Shown here piece by piece: positions 26,928-37,800 of a DNA stretch of 64,000 nucleotides (positions within the stretch are counted from its first letter, which is position 1; each line of letters opens with the position of its first letter). Where the stretch lies: NCBI GenBank assembly GCA_040902005.1, contig JBBDYA010000100.1, positions 1 to 64,000 on the forward strand, in the 5' to 3' direction. The position numbers were made by a program, and so were the translations under genes. The stretch is from Gemmatimonadaceae bacterium. GTDB lineage: Bacteria > Gemmatimonadota > Gemmatimonadetes > Gemmatimonadales > Gemmatimonadaceae. Under the pieces are notes generated by a model. It searched no databases. It was not told the origin of the DNA and worked only from the letters and a program-made list of their open reading frames with translations.

Positions 26928-27836
26928 TCATGGGTGCAGATGGACGTGGCAGTCGGCGATCTCCTGGCGCTCCGTCTGGACCGTGACGTGGTGAATTCCC
27001 ATCGCGCGCATCACCTCGTACGAACGCTCCACCACCGCCTGCTGGTGTTCCGGCTCGCGCACGATGGCGTGCGCACTGAGTGCCACGACGCCCGAGGTCA
27101 CGGTCCAGACGTGCAGATCGTGAACGGATTCCACTCCGGGAATCGCTTCGAGCGAGGCGCGCACCTCCGGCAGCGAGATATGCGACGGCGTGGACTCGAG
27201 GAGCACGCTCACCGCCTCCCGCACCAGCGCCCACGCGCCACGCACGATCAGCGCGGTGGTCAGCAACGACGCCAGGGGATCGGCGTACAGCCACCCCGTG
27301 AGCTGGATCGTCAACGCGGCCACGATCGTGCCCACCGATGACAACAGGTCCCCGAGAATGTGGAGGTAGGCGCCGCGCACGTTCAGGCTGCTCGCATGCA
27401 GGGGACGCAGCCACATCGCGGCGATGATGTTCGCGACCAGCCCGCCGACCGCCACCAGCAGCATCACGGTGCCCCCCACCTCGGCGGGCGCGCGGAACCG
27501 GGAGATCGCTTCGACGACGATCCACGCAGACAGCCCCAGGAGCGTGGCGCCATTGATCAGCGCCGCGAGGATCTCCCACCGCAGGTATCCGTAGGTCTTC
27601 TGCGGCGTGACCGGCTGCCGGGAGAACCACACGACGAACAAGGAGAGAGCGAGTGCGCCCGCGTCCGTCAGCATGTGGCCAGCATCCGCCAGAAGCGCAA
27701 GCGAGTTGGAGATCCAACCGCCAACGGTTTCTGCGATCAGCACCGCGAGCGTGAGCACGAGCGCGTACCGCAGCGCTCGCGTCGACCGCTCAGCCGTGCT
27801 CGTGTGGTCGTGGTGGTGGCGGTGATCGTGGGTCAC
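26928..27836 (-). CDS. CDF family Zn/Co/Cd efflux transporter (CzcD/ZitB-like)
   Basis: His-rich N-terminus, SLALLADAGHMLTD, TYGYLR.E, HILGD, VHDLHVW. Confidence 0.93.
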   Translation of the reverse strand: MTHDHRHHHDHTSTAERSTRALRYALVLTLAVLIAETVGGWISNSLALLADAGHMLTDAGALALSLFVVWFSRQPVTPQKTYGYLRWEILAALINGATLLGLSAWIVVEAISRFRAPAEVGGTVMLLVAVGGLVANIIAAMWLRPLHASSLNVRGAYLHILGDLLSSVGTIVAALTIQLTGWLYADPLASLLTTALIVRGAWALVREAVSVLLESTPSHISLPEVRASLEAIPGVESVHDLHVWTVTSGVVALSAHAIVREPEHQQAVVERSYEVMRAMGIHHVTVQTERQEIADCHVHLHP

Positions 27837-27898
27837 GTGCCCGCGGGGTGGAAAGACGAACGGACGACTAGTAGCGACCGCCCGGGTCTCCTAAGTTA

Positions 27899-29287
27899 GT
27901 GGTGGTGCTCGGCCAAATCGTCATCATCGCCGTTCTGCTGCTGTTGAACGGCTACTTCGTGGCCGTCGAGTTTGCGCTGGTCCGCGCTCGGCGCACTCGA
28001 TTGGAGGCGATGGCCCGCTCCGGGGATCGCCTGGCACGCATTGCCCTCCGCGCCACGGGCAACCTCAGCCGCATGCTCTCCGCGAGTCAGCTGGGGATCA
28101 CGCTGGCGTCGCTGGGCCTGGGCGCGGTGACCGAAGCCGCGATCGCCGACTACTTCCGCGACTGGCTGTCCGTCCTTCCACCGGCGCTGGAGGTGGGCAC
28201 GCGGATCGGCATCGGATCGATACTGGCCATCACGTTCGTGGCCTACTTCCACGTGGTGTTCGCGGAGCTGGCGCCCCGCAGCCTGGCGCTGTCGCACCCC
28301 GAGCGCATCGCGCGATTGCTCGCGCCAGGACTGTTCGTCTTCGAGTTCCTGCTCCGCCCGTTCACCTCCCTGCTCAACCACTCGGCCGAGTTGGTGCTGC
28401 GACTCGGCGGGCAAAAGGCGGTGCCGGTGGAGGAATCCCTGCACTCGCCCGAGGAATTGCGGCTCCTCGTGGAACAGAGCGAGGAGGGCGGGGTGCTGGA
28501 GGCGGCGCCGGCCACCCTCATCGAGGGCGTGTTCGAGTTCTCGGAAAAGAACGCGCGCGCCGTCATGACGCCCCGCACCGAGATCGATGCCCTGCCGGTG
28601 GATGCCACGCTGGACGACACCCTCTCGCTCGTCGAGGAATCGCGCCGCTCCCGGTACCCGGTGTTCGACGAATCCATCGATAACGTCATCGGGCTCGTGC
28701 TGGCGAAAGACCTGATTCCCATCCTCCGGCAACCGCCGTCACCCGGCTCCACGGGACCCGCCGGATTCGAGGTGCGGTCGATCATGCGGCCGATCCATGT
28801 CGTGCCGGGCTCGCGCGAAGTGGAGGCAGTGCTCGCCGACTTCAAGCGGCTCAAGGCGCACCTGGCGATGGTGCTCGACGAGTACGGGGGCACGGCCGGT
28901 CTCGTCACGATGGAAGACCTGCTCGAGGAGATCGTTGGCGAAATCCTGGACGAGAAGGATGAGCCACCGGAGGTCGAAGAGCGCGAATCCCCTGACATGG
29001 TGCTGGTGCCCGGCTCGACCAACATCGCGGACCTCAACGAGCGATTCGGCCTCGCCGTGCCGGAGGAGGACTACACCACGCTTGGCGGATTCGTGTTCGG
29101 CGTGCTCGGCCGCCTGCCCGTCCTGGGCGACCGCGCGACGGCCGGCGGCGCGATCTTCACCGTCCGCGAAATGGACGGACGACGCATCGAGACGCTCGCG
29201 GTGGATCTGCACAACGCCGGCGACCGGCGCGACCTGCGGCGTGACGAAGACGAGCGCCAGGGAAGCTCGGATAAAAGGGGCGAGTAG
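27899..29287 (+). CDS. Hemolysin/CNNM-CBS-CorC family protein
   Basis: NGYFVAVEFALV, QLGIT, VMTPR, SRYPV, DEYGGTAGLVTMEDLLEEIVGEI. Confidence 0.93.
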   Translation: MVVLGQIVIIAVLLLLNGYFVAVEFALVRARRTRLEAMARSGDRLARIALRATGNLSRMLSASQLGITLASLGLGAVTEAAIADYFRDWLSVLPPALEVGTRIGIGSILAITFVAYFHVVFAELAPRSLALSHPERIARLLAPGLFVFEFLLRPFTSLLNHSAELVLRLGGQKAVPVEESLHSPEELRLLVEQSEEGGVLEAAPATLIEGVFEFSEKNARAVMTPRTEIDALPVDATLDDTLSLVEESRRSRYPVFDESIDNVIGLVLAKDLIPILRQPPSPGSTGPAGFEVRSIMRPIHVVPGSREVEAVLADFKRLKAHLAMVLDEYGGTAGLVTMEDLLEEIVGEILDEKDEPPEVEERESPDMVLVPGSTNIADLNERFGLAVPEEDYTTLGGFVFGVLGRLPVLGDRATAGGAIFTVREMDGRRIETLAVDLHNAGDRRDLRRDEDERQGSSDKRGE

Positions 29288-29429
29288 GAAGCGCGATAGC
29301 TCCCGGGCGCGAGCCAGTATCAATACTGAGACGAGTATGAGGAACTCCTCCCAGGTGCATTCGAGCAGCCGTCAGTATTGATACTACGCTCGCGCCCGGG
29401 AGCTATCGCGCTTCCTACTCGCCCCTTTT
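29273..29429. repeat. 157-bp long inverted repeat (MITE/REP-like)
   Basis: Perfect 42-bp arms at 29273-29314 and 29388-29429, plus inner 14-bp arms at 29316-29329 and 29372-29385. Confidence 0.85.
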
Positions 29430-29440
29430 TCAGAGGTTCC

Positions 29441-30961
29441 CTAGGGCCGAGGAAGCAGCCGGTCGAGATTCGCCAGCTGCAGCGCATTCACCGCCATGAC
29501 CGTCGCGGCCTGCGCGACGTCACCGGGCACCGTGGCGTCGAAGACATCGGCCTGCGAGTGATGCGTGTAGTCGTAGCCACGTGACAGCTGGTCGTAGTTG
29601 AAGGCCGGTACGCGCGCGGCCTGAAAGACCAGATGATCCGTGCCGGTCTTCATCCCGGACCGCACGGCGATGGGCCCCAGCGCGGCGAGGGGACGCATCA
29701 TGGCGCTCCACAGGTCGTGCAGATCGTCGCGCCCCTGGAGCGGGAGCGCCACAATGCGCCCCGTGCCGTTGTCGAGCACGAGCACGGCCTGATGGCGCGG
29801 CAACTCACGCGCGTGCGCACGCGCGTAATACTGTGCGCCGAGAAGCCCCTGCTCCTCGCCGGTGAAGAGCGCGAACCTGATGGTCCTGCGCGGGCGCACG
29901 CCGCTGGCCTTGAGCGCGCCAAGCAGCCGTGCCGCCTCGATCACCGCCACCGAACTCGACCCGTTGTCCGACGCCCCCGTACCCAGGTCCCAGGAATCCA
30001 GGTGTGCCCCCAGCAGGACCACCTCGTTCGGAAACTGGCTGCCGCGAATCTCACCGACGGTGTTCCACTGCACCAGCGTATCTCGTCCCAGGGCATTCGA
30101 CGCGTTCACCTCCACGCGCACGCGCTCACCCAACGCGAGCTGGCGATGCAGTTCGGCGAACGTGTGATTGCCGACTACCACCATGGGGAACTTCGCGATC
30201 TCGTCCGGAGATCCGCTCATCGTGAACAGCCCGAAGTCCTTGGCGCCGTCCAGGATCTGGCCGGCAATCCCCTGCGCCGCCAGCAGGTCGTGAAGCCCCG
30301 CGAGAAACGCGCGCTGCGGCTGCGTCAGGCGCTGGTTGCGTTCGCGCAGGGCCAGGCGCAGCGAATCCACGCGCGCGGAATCCCGCCCGTCGGCGGCACC
30401 CGGACTCGTCCGTGGATAGGCGGTGGCGGTCATCACCCAGGCACCTGTCAGCTTCCCGGCGAAGCGGCGATCGAAGTCCGCCCTGCTCAGGGCGTCCATG
30501 AACACGACGTCGCCCGTGAGCGGCCCGCCCGTTCCCGGCGCCCAGGCCCAGGACGCCGCCGACAGCCAGCGCTCGTGCGGCAGCACCAACCGCATGGTGA
30601 GCGGGCCGCGCTGCCAGGACACGCCAAATGGCCAGGGCTCGAGCGCGACCGAGTCGGCGCCATAGTCGCGCAGCCTGGCCGCGGCCCACTCGTTCGCCCG
30701 ACGCATGGCCGCTGTCCCCGTGAGCCGTGGACCGATGATGTCGGTCAGGTATTGCAGGTCCGCGCGCACGCGGGACCGTTGCGTGCCCTCCTCGATCAGG
30801 AACGCAATGCTCGCCGAGTCCGCCTGTACCCGCGCGGCGAGCTGCGCAACCCGCGGCCCGGCCGGCGGAACGACCGCCGCCGGCGGCGCCACGGTGCCGG
30901 GTCGCGAACAGGCGAGCATCGCCACGGCGAGTGCCGCCAGGATCGTCCGTCCGTGAATCAT
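29441..30961 (-). CDS. M28 family metallopeptidase (carboxypeptidase Q-like lipoprotein)
   Basis: Lipobox MLAC, IGPRLTG, GAHLDSWD, GASDN, GEEQGL, TDH, HHSQAD. Confidence 0.88.
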   Translation of the reverse strand: MIHGRTILAALAVAMLACSRPGTVAPPAAVVPPAGPRVAQLAARVQADSASIAFLIEEGTQRSRVRADLQYLTDIIGPRLTGTAAMRRANEWAAARLRDYGADSVALEPWPFGVSWQRGPLTMRLVLPHERWLSAASWAWAPGTGGPLTGDVVFMDALSRADFDRRFAGKLTGAWVMTATAYPRTSPGAADGRDSARVDSLRLALRERNQRLTQPQRAFLAGLHDLLAAQGIAGQILDGAKDFGLFTMSGSPDEIAKFPMVVVGNHTFAELHRQLALGERVRVEVNASNALGRDTLVQWNTVGEIRGSQFPNEVVLLGAHLDSWDLGTGASDNGSSSVAVIEAARLLGALKASGVRPRRTIRFALFTGEEQGLLGAQYYARAHARELPRHQAVLVLDNGTGRIVALPLQGRDDLHDLWSAMMRPLAALGPIAVRSGMKTGTDHLVFQAARVPAFNYDQLSRGYDYTHHSQADVFDATVPGDVAQAATVMAVNALQLANLDRLLPRP

Positions 30962-30969
30962 GAGGAACG

Positions 30970-31908
30970 TCAGGTAGGGGAACCGCGCGCCGCGCGGCGC
31001 GCACGATGAGCGCGTGCGAGGTCCGCGCACAGCTGCACCGCGCCGACCATGCTCGATGCATCCGCAATGCCGCGGCTCGCGATGTCCAGCGCCGTGCCGT
31101 GGTCCGGCGCGCATCGCGGAAATGGCAACCCGAGCGTCACATTCACCGCGTGCCCGAACGCCGCCACCTTGATGGCGGTCATTCCGACGTCGTGATAGGG
31201 CGCGATGACGGCGTCGAACTCGCCTCGGATGGCGCGCACGAACACGGTGTCGGCCGGAAACGGTCCGGCGATGCCGGCCGCAGCCGCGGCGGGGCGCAGC
31301 ACCGCGTCATCCTCGGTGCCGAATCGCCCCGAATCGCCAGCGTGCGGATTCAGCGCGCAGAGCGCAAGCCGTGGCTCGTCGATGCCGAACCACGTCTGGA
31401 GCGCCGCTCGGGTGGTAGCGGCGATCTCCACGATCCGCTCGTGGGTCAGCGCGCGGGGCACGTCGCGCAGGGGGATGTGCGTCGTGGCAAGCACGACCCG
31501 AAGGGCCGGCCAGGAGCCCTGACTCTCGGCCGAGGTCAGCATCATGGCGACCTTTGCGCCCGTGAGCGCCGCCAGCATCTCCGTGTGGCCGGGATAATCG
31601 TAGCCGCCCTGGTGCAGCGCGCTCTTCTCCAGGGGCGCGGTGACGAGACCGTCCACCACACCGGTCCGCGCCAGGTGCACGGCGCGCTCGACCGCGGCGC
31701 CCGCCAACCGGCCGGCCAGCGTCGCATCACCGCCCGCGTGCCACGCCCCCACGGCCTCCGTCACGTCCACTTCGGTTCCGGTGGGGCCCACGATGAGCAG
31801 CTCCGCGGCGCCGGCAACCGCCCCGTCGCGCAGCGTTTTCGCGACGATCTCCGGCCCGATTCCGCGCGGGTCGCCGAGGGTGACGGCGAGACGCGGCAAC
31901 GCGGCCAT
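30970..31908 (-). CDS. pdxA: 4-hydroxythreonine-4-phosphate dehydrogenase
   Basis: TLGDPRGIGPEI, GHTE, LNPHAG, PADT, YHD, PDHGTA. Confidence 0.93.
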   Translation of the reverse strand: MAALPRLAVTLGDPRGIGPEIVAKTLRDGAVAGAAELLIVGPTGTEVDVTEAVGAWHAGGDATLAGRLAGAAVERAVHLARTGVVDGLVTAPLEKSALHQGGYDYPGHTEMLAALTGAKVAMMLTSAESQGSWPALRVVLATTHIPLRDVPRALTHERIVEIAATTRAALQTWFGIDEPRLALCALNPHAGDSGRFGTEDDAVLRPAAAAAGIAGPFPADTVFVRAIRGEFDAVIAPYHDVGMTAIKVAAFGHAVNVTLGLPFPRCAPDHGTALDIASRGIADASSMVGAVQLCADLARAHRARRAARGSPT

Positions 31909-31909
31909 G

Positions 31910-33283
31910 TCAGTCCGGGTCGCGCTGGTCCGCCGCGAGCATCTCTCCCAGGCGAATGGAGACGAACGCCTCCGCGCGCAGCGCGTCGAGGTACCGCCGG
32001 ATCGACCCCGCCTCCACCAGCTGGGCACGGACGCGCTCGCGGAGGTCCGCCAGGGTATAGTCGCCCCCGGCGGTCACCGTGACGAGTTGCGCAATCACGA
32101 ACTTTGACTGTCCGGCGGCACCGGCGATGGGAAAGTTGACGACGTCACCGGCGTTCTTCCCCGCGAACGCGGTCCGGTAGCTGTCCGGCAGGCCGGAATC
32201 GACGGGAATCGGCGTGAGGATGCTCGTCTCCTCGCCGCTGGCAAAATCGTGGAAGCGGCGCGCGAGCGTGTCGAACGGCACACCGGCCTGCCAGCGGTCG
32301 GCGACGCTGTCCGCCAGCGCGGCGGCGCGCGCAACGTCCGCGGCGTCGATCACCGGCTTGATGAGAATATGGCGCGCTTTCACCTCGCCCGGCTGCACGC
32401 GGTCCACCCGGATGAGGTGGAATCCGTGCATCGTTTCCACGATGGGACTGAGCTGTCCCGGCCGCAGAGTGAACATCCACCGTTCGAATTCCGGCACCAT
32501 GACGCCGCGCCGGTGCCAGCCGAGGTCCCCGCCCTGCTCCCGGGACCCGGAATCCGCTGATTCGCGCCGGGCGATCCGCTCGAACTCGGCGCCTGCGTTG
32601 ATCTCCGCGAGGAGCGCCTCCGCGCGCACGCGCGCCACGTTCCGGGCGGAATCCCTGGGTGCGGGCGCGATCACGATCTGGCGGAACGTCACGGTCGCGG
32701 GGCGCCGCGGCAGTGTGGCCCGGGAACGGGTGAACGCCTCCTCCACATCGGTTTCGCGCACGTTCACCGGCGGGATCTTTCCCGTGGACCGCATCTGGTC
32801 CACCAGCCGCCGCTGCAACTCGGTGCGCCGCATCTGCTCCATGAGGAATCGCCGGTACTCCTCGGGTGAGCCGAGGCCGGCCTTCACGAGCTCCGCGCGG
32901 AACTCGGCTTCGCTCGGAAATCGCGCCCGGACTTCCTGGAGCTGCTTTTCCACGGTGAGAGTGAGTTCGGCATCCAGCACGACGATCTCGAGCGTGCGCG
33001 CCTTCTGAATGAGGACTTCCTCATCCACCAGCTCGTTCAGGGTCTGCGTGGCGAACTGCTGGAACTCCTCCGCGTTGGAGGGCGGCCGGAACCCGGGGGC
33101 CTGCTGGAGGGCGAGCATCCGCTCCTGCAGGTCATACTGGGTGATGGGCTGATCGCCGACGATCGCCACGATCCGGTCGAGCGAAACGACGGTGGTGTCG
33201 CCCGGGGCCAGCAGCGCCGGCAACTCCTGCGCGGCCGCAGTCGCGGTCCAGAGCGTGACCAGCGCGAACACGAGCGACTTCAT
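31910..33283 (-). CDS. surA: SurA-like peptidyl-prolyl isomerase
   Basis: Signal peptide, LDRIVAIVG..PI, and a parvulin domain (GGDLGW, HGFHLI). Lies upstream of pdxA. Confidence 0.8.
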   Translation of the reverse strand: MKSLVFALVTLWTATAAAQELPALLAPGDTTVVSLDRIVAIVGDQPITQYDLQERMLALQQAPGFRPPSNAEEFQQFATQTLNELVDEEVLIQKARTLEIVVLDAELTLTVEKQLQEVRARFPSEAEFRAELVKAGLGSPEEYRRFLMEQMRRTELQRRLVDQMRSTGKIPPVNVRETDVEEAFTRSRATLPRRPATVTFRQIVIAPAPRDSARNVARVRAEALLAEINAGAEFERIARRESADSGSREQGGDLGWHRRGVMVPEFERWMFTLRPGQLSPIVETMHGFHLIRVDRVQPGEVKARHILIKPVIDAADVARAAALADSVADRWQAGVPFDTLARRFHDFASGEETSILTPIPVDSGLPDSYRTAFAGKNAGDVVNFPIAGAAGQSKFVIAQLVTVTAGGDYTLADLRERVRAQLVEAGSIRRYLDALRAEAFVSIRLGEMLAADQRDPD

Positions 33284-33325
33284 TCCCGTCATACCCCTCA
33301 TACCCCGTCGAGATGGCAAGGTCCG

Positions 33326-34771
33326 TTACTGGTTGCGCCCGGTGTCTCCGGGCGGCGCGGGCATCGGCACCTGGGAGGGCGGCTGTTGCGCCGACCGCGC
33401 CGAATCCGCGGACGCCCGCAGCTTGCGGGCACGCTCGACCGCACGATCGACCCCGGCGGAGTTGATCTTCCAGGAATACGTGGCCGTGAGCACCGACTGG
33501 ACCGGGGACGGCACCGTGAGCGGCTGCGCCTGCCCCGTCATCATGCGGTCGAGGTAGGCGTCGACGCGCGCCGCGGCCAACCGCTCGCGCTCCGGCTGGT
33601 TCCGCGCGCTGTCGGCCAGCATCAGCGGATCGATGCCCAGCTGCTGCCAGAGCGCCACGATCAGGCCGCGGAACTCACCGTAGAGCTGCTCCTTTTCCGC
33701 CGGCGTCATCACGATGCCGGCACTGTCCGCCTTCATCAACAGCACCTCGTTCCGCGCAATGCTGCGCACGAAGAGTCGCACCAGGGAGTCCGGCGCGCCC
33801 GCCATCTGCTGAGGAATCCGCGCCTGTGGCTGGAACGATTCCACCCACCGCACGAAGCGGCTCACGGTGAGCCGGCCGCCCGTGTAGGTGGCCATGACGT
33901 CGGTGTTCTGCCGATGCGCCGCGAGATCCCGCGCCGCCGCCTTCGCCTGCGCCGCGGCGTCCGCGCGCACCTCGATGTCCGCGTCGGCCTCGACGCCCGC
34001 GACGAACACGCTCTCGGCGCGCTGCTCGGCGCCCTCGGCGAACATCGGGTCGTACTGCGCCCGCGCATCCGCGTAGGTCGGCCGTTGAATGATATGGTAG
34101 CCGTACTGGGTCTCGACGAGACCAGAGATCTCGCCCGGCTGCAGCGACGCGACGGCGTCACTGAACGGCTTCACCATGTCGTCGCGCCGGAAGGCGCCGA
34201 GGTTGCCGCCCTGGGCGGCGCTGCCATCGGTGCTGTGACGCCGCGCCATGTCCGCGAAGTTCCGGCTGGTCACCTGCGCGCGAATGGTTTCGGCGCGCCG
34301 GCGCACGGAGTCCTTCTGCTCCTGCGAGGCGCCGCCCGGGAACTGGAACAGGATGTGGCGCGCAACCATGATGCCGCCCGCCGCCTGGGTGTACGTGGTC
34401 TCGGACGCGCTGTCCGCCACCGTGCTCCCGCCCGCGCTGGCCATGTACCGGCGCAGACGCTCATTGGCTGTGATCCCGACCGTCGCGTCGTCGATGAGTT
34501 GCTGATCGCCGAGCGAGTCGCCCCGCGCCGCCGCCACCCCGAGCAGTTGATAGTTCATCCACAGATCCGCGACGATCATCGCGGTCTCGCGATTGATCGG
34601 GATCTGGAGCGTGGTGTTCCCGAGGAGATCGCCGCTCCGGGTCACCGACAGTTCCCGGTCCTCCGCCTTGGCCACCACGTCCACGTGAGTGGTGAGTGCT
34701 TCACGAAGACTATCACAGCCGGCGAGCCCACCGGCCAATGCGCATGCGATGGCGATCGAACGAATCTTCAT
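33326..34771 (-). CDS. Parvulin-type PPIase lipoprotein
   Basis: Lipobox LAGC, ARHIL, GGNLG, MVKPF, TQYGYHII. Confidence 0.85.
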   Translation of the reverse strand: MKIRSIAIACALAGGLAGCDSLREALTTHVDVVAKAEDRELSVTRSGDLLGNTTLQIPINRETAMIVADLWMNYQLLGVAAARGDSLGDQQLIDDATVGITANERLRRYMASAGGSTVADSASETTYTQAAGGIMVARHILFQFPGGASQEQKDSVRRRAETIRAQVTSRNFADMARRHSTDGSAAQGGNLGAFRRDDMVKPFSDAVASLQPGEISGLVETQYGYHIIQRPTYADARAQYDPMFAEGAEQRAESVFVAGVEADADIEVRADAAAQAKAAARDLAAHRQNTDVMATYTGGRLTVSRFVRWVESFQPQARIPQQMAGAPDSLVRLFVRSIARNEVLLMKADSAGIVMTPAEKEQLYGEFRGLIVALWQQLGIDPLMLADSARNQPERERLAAARVDAYLDRMMTGQAQPLTVPSPVQSVLTATYSWKINSAGVDRAVERARKLRASADSARSAQQPPSQVPMPAPPGDTGRNQ

Positions 34772-34828
34772 CTGTTGGAACACTCCGGGAGAATCCTGTG
34801 TGCGAGCAATCGTGTCGGCCTGCCAAAA

Positions 34829-37800
34829 TCAGTCCGGGGCAAGCATGGTGAGCGCGCGAACCAGTCCATCGAGTATGGGGACGCCGCCGAGCCGCGTGAG
34901 CTTCAGCGACAGCGGGTGCGCCCGGCGAACCTCCGCCTGGAATTGCACCTCGTGAAATGCGGCTGACAACCCCTTCATCCGGGGCGCCGCGGTGTCGCGG
35001 AAGTTAACACGCGCTTCATTGCCGCGCACCAGCACGCTCTCGACGTCGAGGCGTCCCCCGAGCAGGCGCAGCTGGGCCACGGCCAGCATCGCTTCCGCCT
35101 GCGCCGGGAGCGGTCCAAACCGGTCGCGAATCTCGTGGCGAAGCTCCACAATCGCCGCCGCCTCCGTCACGCGCGAGAGCCGCCGGTAGACGTCCAGCTT
35201 CGCTTCGTGCGACGGGACGTATTCCTCCGGCAGGACACTCGGCGTGTCCACCGACACTTCAGCTGGCACGAGTGTCGGCCCACCCTCCCCCCGCGTGATG
35301 TTCCGGACGGTGTCCTCCAGCAGCCGGAGATACAGGTCGAACCCGACGGCCTGCACGAATCCCGACTGCTCGGGGCCCAGGAGGTTGCCCGCGCCGCGCA
35401 GTTCCATGTCCTTGAGCGCGATGCGATAGCCGGCGCCCAGCTCCGTGTGGTGCTCCAGGACGCGCAGCCGGCGTTCCGCGTCGTCGTCGAGCTGGTCGGG
35501 CACGATGAGGTAGCAGTACGCGCGGCGGTGCGACCGGCCGACCCGCCCGCGCAACTGGTACAGCTGGGCAAGGCCGAAGTGGTCGGCGCGATTGACGAAC
35601 ATCGTATTCGCGTTCGGCACGTCCAGTCCCGATTCGACGATCATCGTGGACACGAGCACCTCCACCTCGCCGCTCACGAACCGATGCATGATGTCCTCGA
35701 GATCCCGCTCCCGCATCTGGCCGTGCGCCACGGCGATGTTCGCGCGGGGCACCAGCCGCTGGAGGTGGTCCGCCATGGCCTGGATGGTCTCGATCCGGTT
35801 GTGCACGAAGAACACCTGGCCGCCCCGATCCAGCTCGCGCGTGATGCCCTCCTCGAACAGGCCGTCATCCGACGGCTCGACGTAGGTGAGGACGGGCGAC
35901 CGGTCGCGCGGCGCCGTCTGCATCAGCGTCATGTCCCGCAATCCCGCGAGCGACATGTGCAGCGTGCGGGGAATGGGCGTGGCCGTCAGCGTAAGCACGT
36001 CCGTCTCCAGCCGAAGCTGCTTGAGCCGCTCCTTGTGCTTCACGCCGAACCGGTGCTCCTCGTCCACCACGATCAGTCCCAGCCGCTTGAACGTCACGTC
36101 GGGGCTGAGCAACCGGTGGGTGCCGATCACGATGTCCAGGTTCCCCGCCGCCAGGTCGGCCAGCACGACCGCCTGCTGCTTGGGCGTCTGGAACCGGCTG
36201 AGCATCGCCACCTTGATCGGAAAATCGGCGAGGCGCTCGCCGAACGTGCGCGCGTGCTGGTCGGCCAGGATGGTGGTGGGCACGAGGATCGCGACCTGGC
36301 GCTCCGACTGCACCGCCTTGAACGCCGCGCGCACCGCGATCTCGGTCTTGCCGTAGCCCACGTCGCCGACCAGCAGGCGATCCATCGGCCGGCCGCCTTC
36401 CATGTCCTGCTTCACGTCCGTCGTCGCCTTCCGCTGGTCCGGCGTGTCCTCGAAGAGGAACGAGGATTCGAGCTGCGCCTGCCAGGGGGTATCGGGCACG
36501 TGCGGCGGCCGGCTCGCGACCTTGCGGCGGGCGTACAGGTCCAGCAGCTCCACGGTCATTTCGCGAATCGCGCTGCGCGCCTTGTCGCGCTGCTGCGTCC
36601 ACCGTTTTCCGCCCAGCCGGTGCAGCCGTGGCGGCGGGCTGTCGGATGACACGTCGCCGGCCGCGCGGTAGCGCTCAAGCTGGTCGATGCGATACAGCGG
36701 GACGTTCAGCCGGTCGCCCCCTTCGTACTCGATGACGGCCACTTCCACGGTGCTGTCCGCCACCACGAGCGTCTCGATCCCGCGGTACATGCCGACGCCG
36801 TGCTCCAGATGCACCACGTAGTCGCCCTCGCGGAGCGAGAGCGTCTCCACGCCGATGCCGCTCGTGTATCGTCGCGCGCGACGGATCCGGCGCTCGCGGC
36901 GAAAGATCTCGTGGTCCGTCAGCACGCGCAGCCCACCGTCCGCCGACGGCACGACGAACCCGCCCTGGAGCACGCCGACCGTGAGCGCGGCGGGCGATGG
37001 CTGCCCGCCGTCGGCGAGCAGCTCGTCCAGCCGCTCGCACTGCCCCGCGTTGTCGCACAGGATCACGGTGTGGAACGCATCCCGGACCACCCGCCGCAGT
37101 TCCTTGATGTCCCGGCCAATGTGCTCCGGCTCGCGGATAGGGAACACGAGGTCTGCGCCTTCGGGCGATGCCGTCTCGACGATCGTTCCGAATGCGGCCA
37201 GTTGCCGTTGCAGCGCGATCGGCTCCTCGAACAGCTCGTCGCGGCCGGGCACGTCCTCTCCGCGTCGGCGCGCGAGTTCGATGTGGTGCTCGGCCTCGCC
37301 CCAGGTGCGCTCCAGCTCTGCTTCGATCTGCTGCCCTCCCGGACAAACGAGGAGGGTGTCTGGCGTCCAGAGCGTGACGATGGTGCGGCGCTCGGACTCC
37401 AGGCCGTCGTCCTCGACGCTCCCGTCCACGGGCAGCACGAGCGCCATCGCGACTTCCCGGGTCGAGCGCTGCGTGTTCATGTCGAACTGCCGCAGATCCA
37501 CGATGTCATCGCCCCAGAATTCGGCGCGCGCCGGATCGGCCATCCCGAAGCCGTACACGTCGAGGATGCCGCCGCGCACGCTGAATTGCGCGACGTCCTC
37601 CACCACCGGCACGCGCTCCAGCCCGATCCGTTCGAGATGCGCGATCAGGTCGGCCATCCGGCGGCGGTCGCCCTTGCGCAGTTCCACCCGAAGGTCGCGG
37701 AGCGCGCGCGGCATCCGGGTGCGCTCCAGCAGCGCACGCGCGGTCGTCACGAGGACCCGCACCTCGCCGCGCATCGTCCGCTCGAGCGTTTCCACACGCT

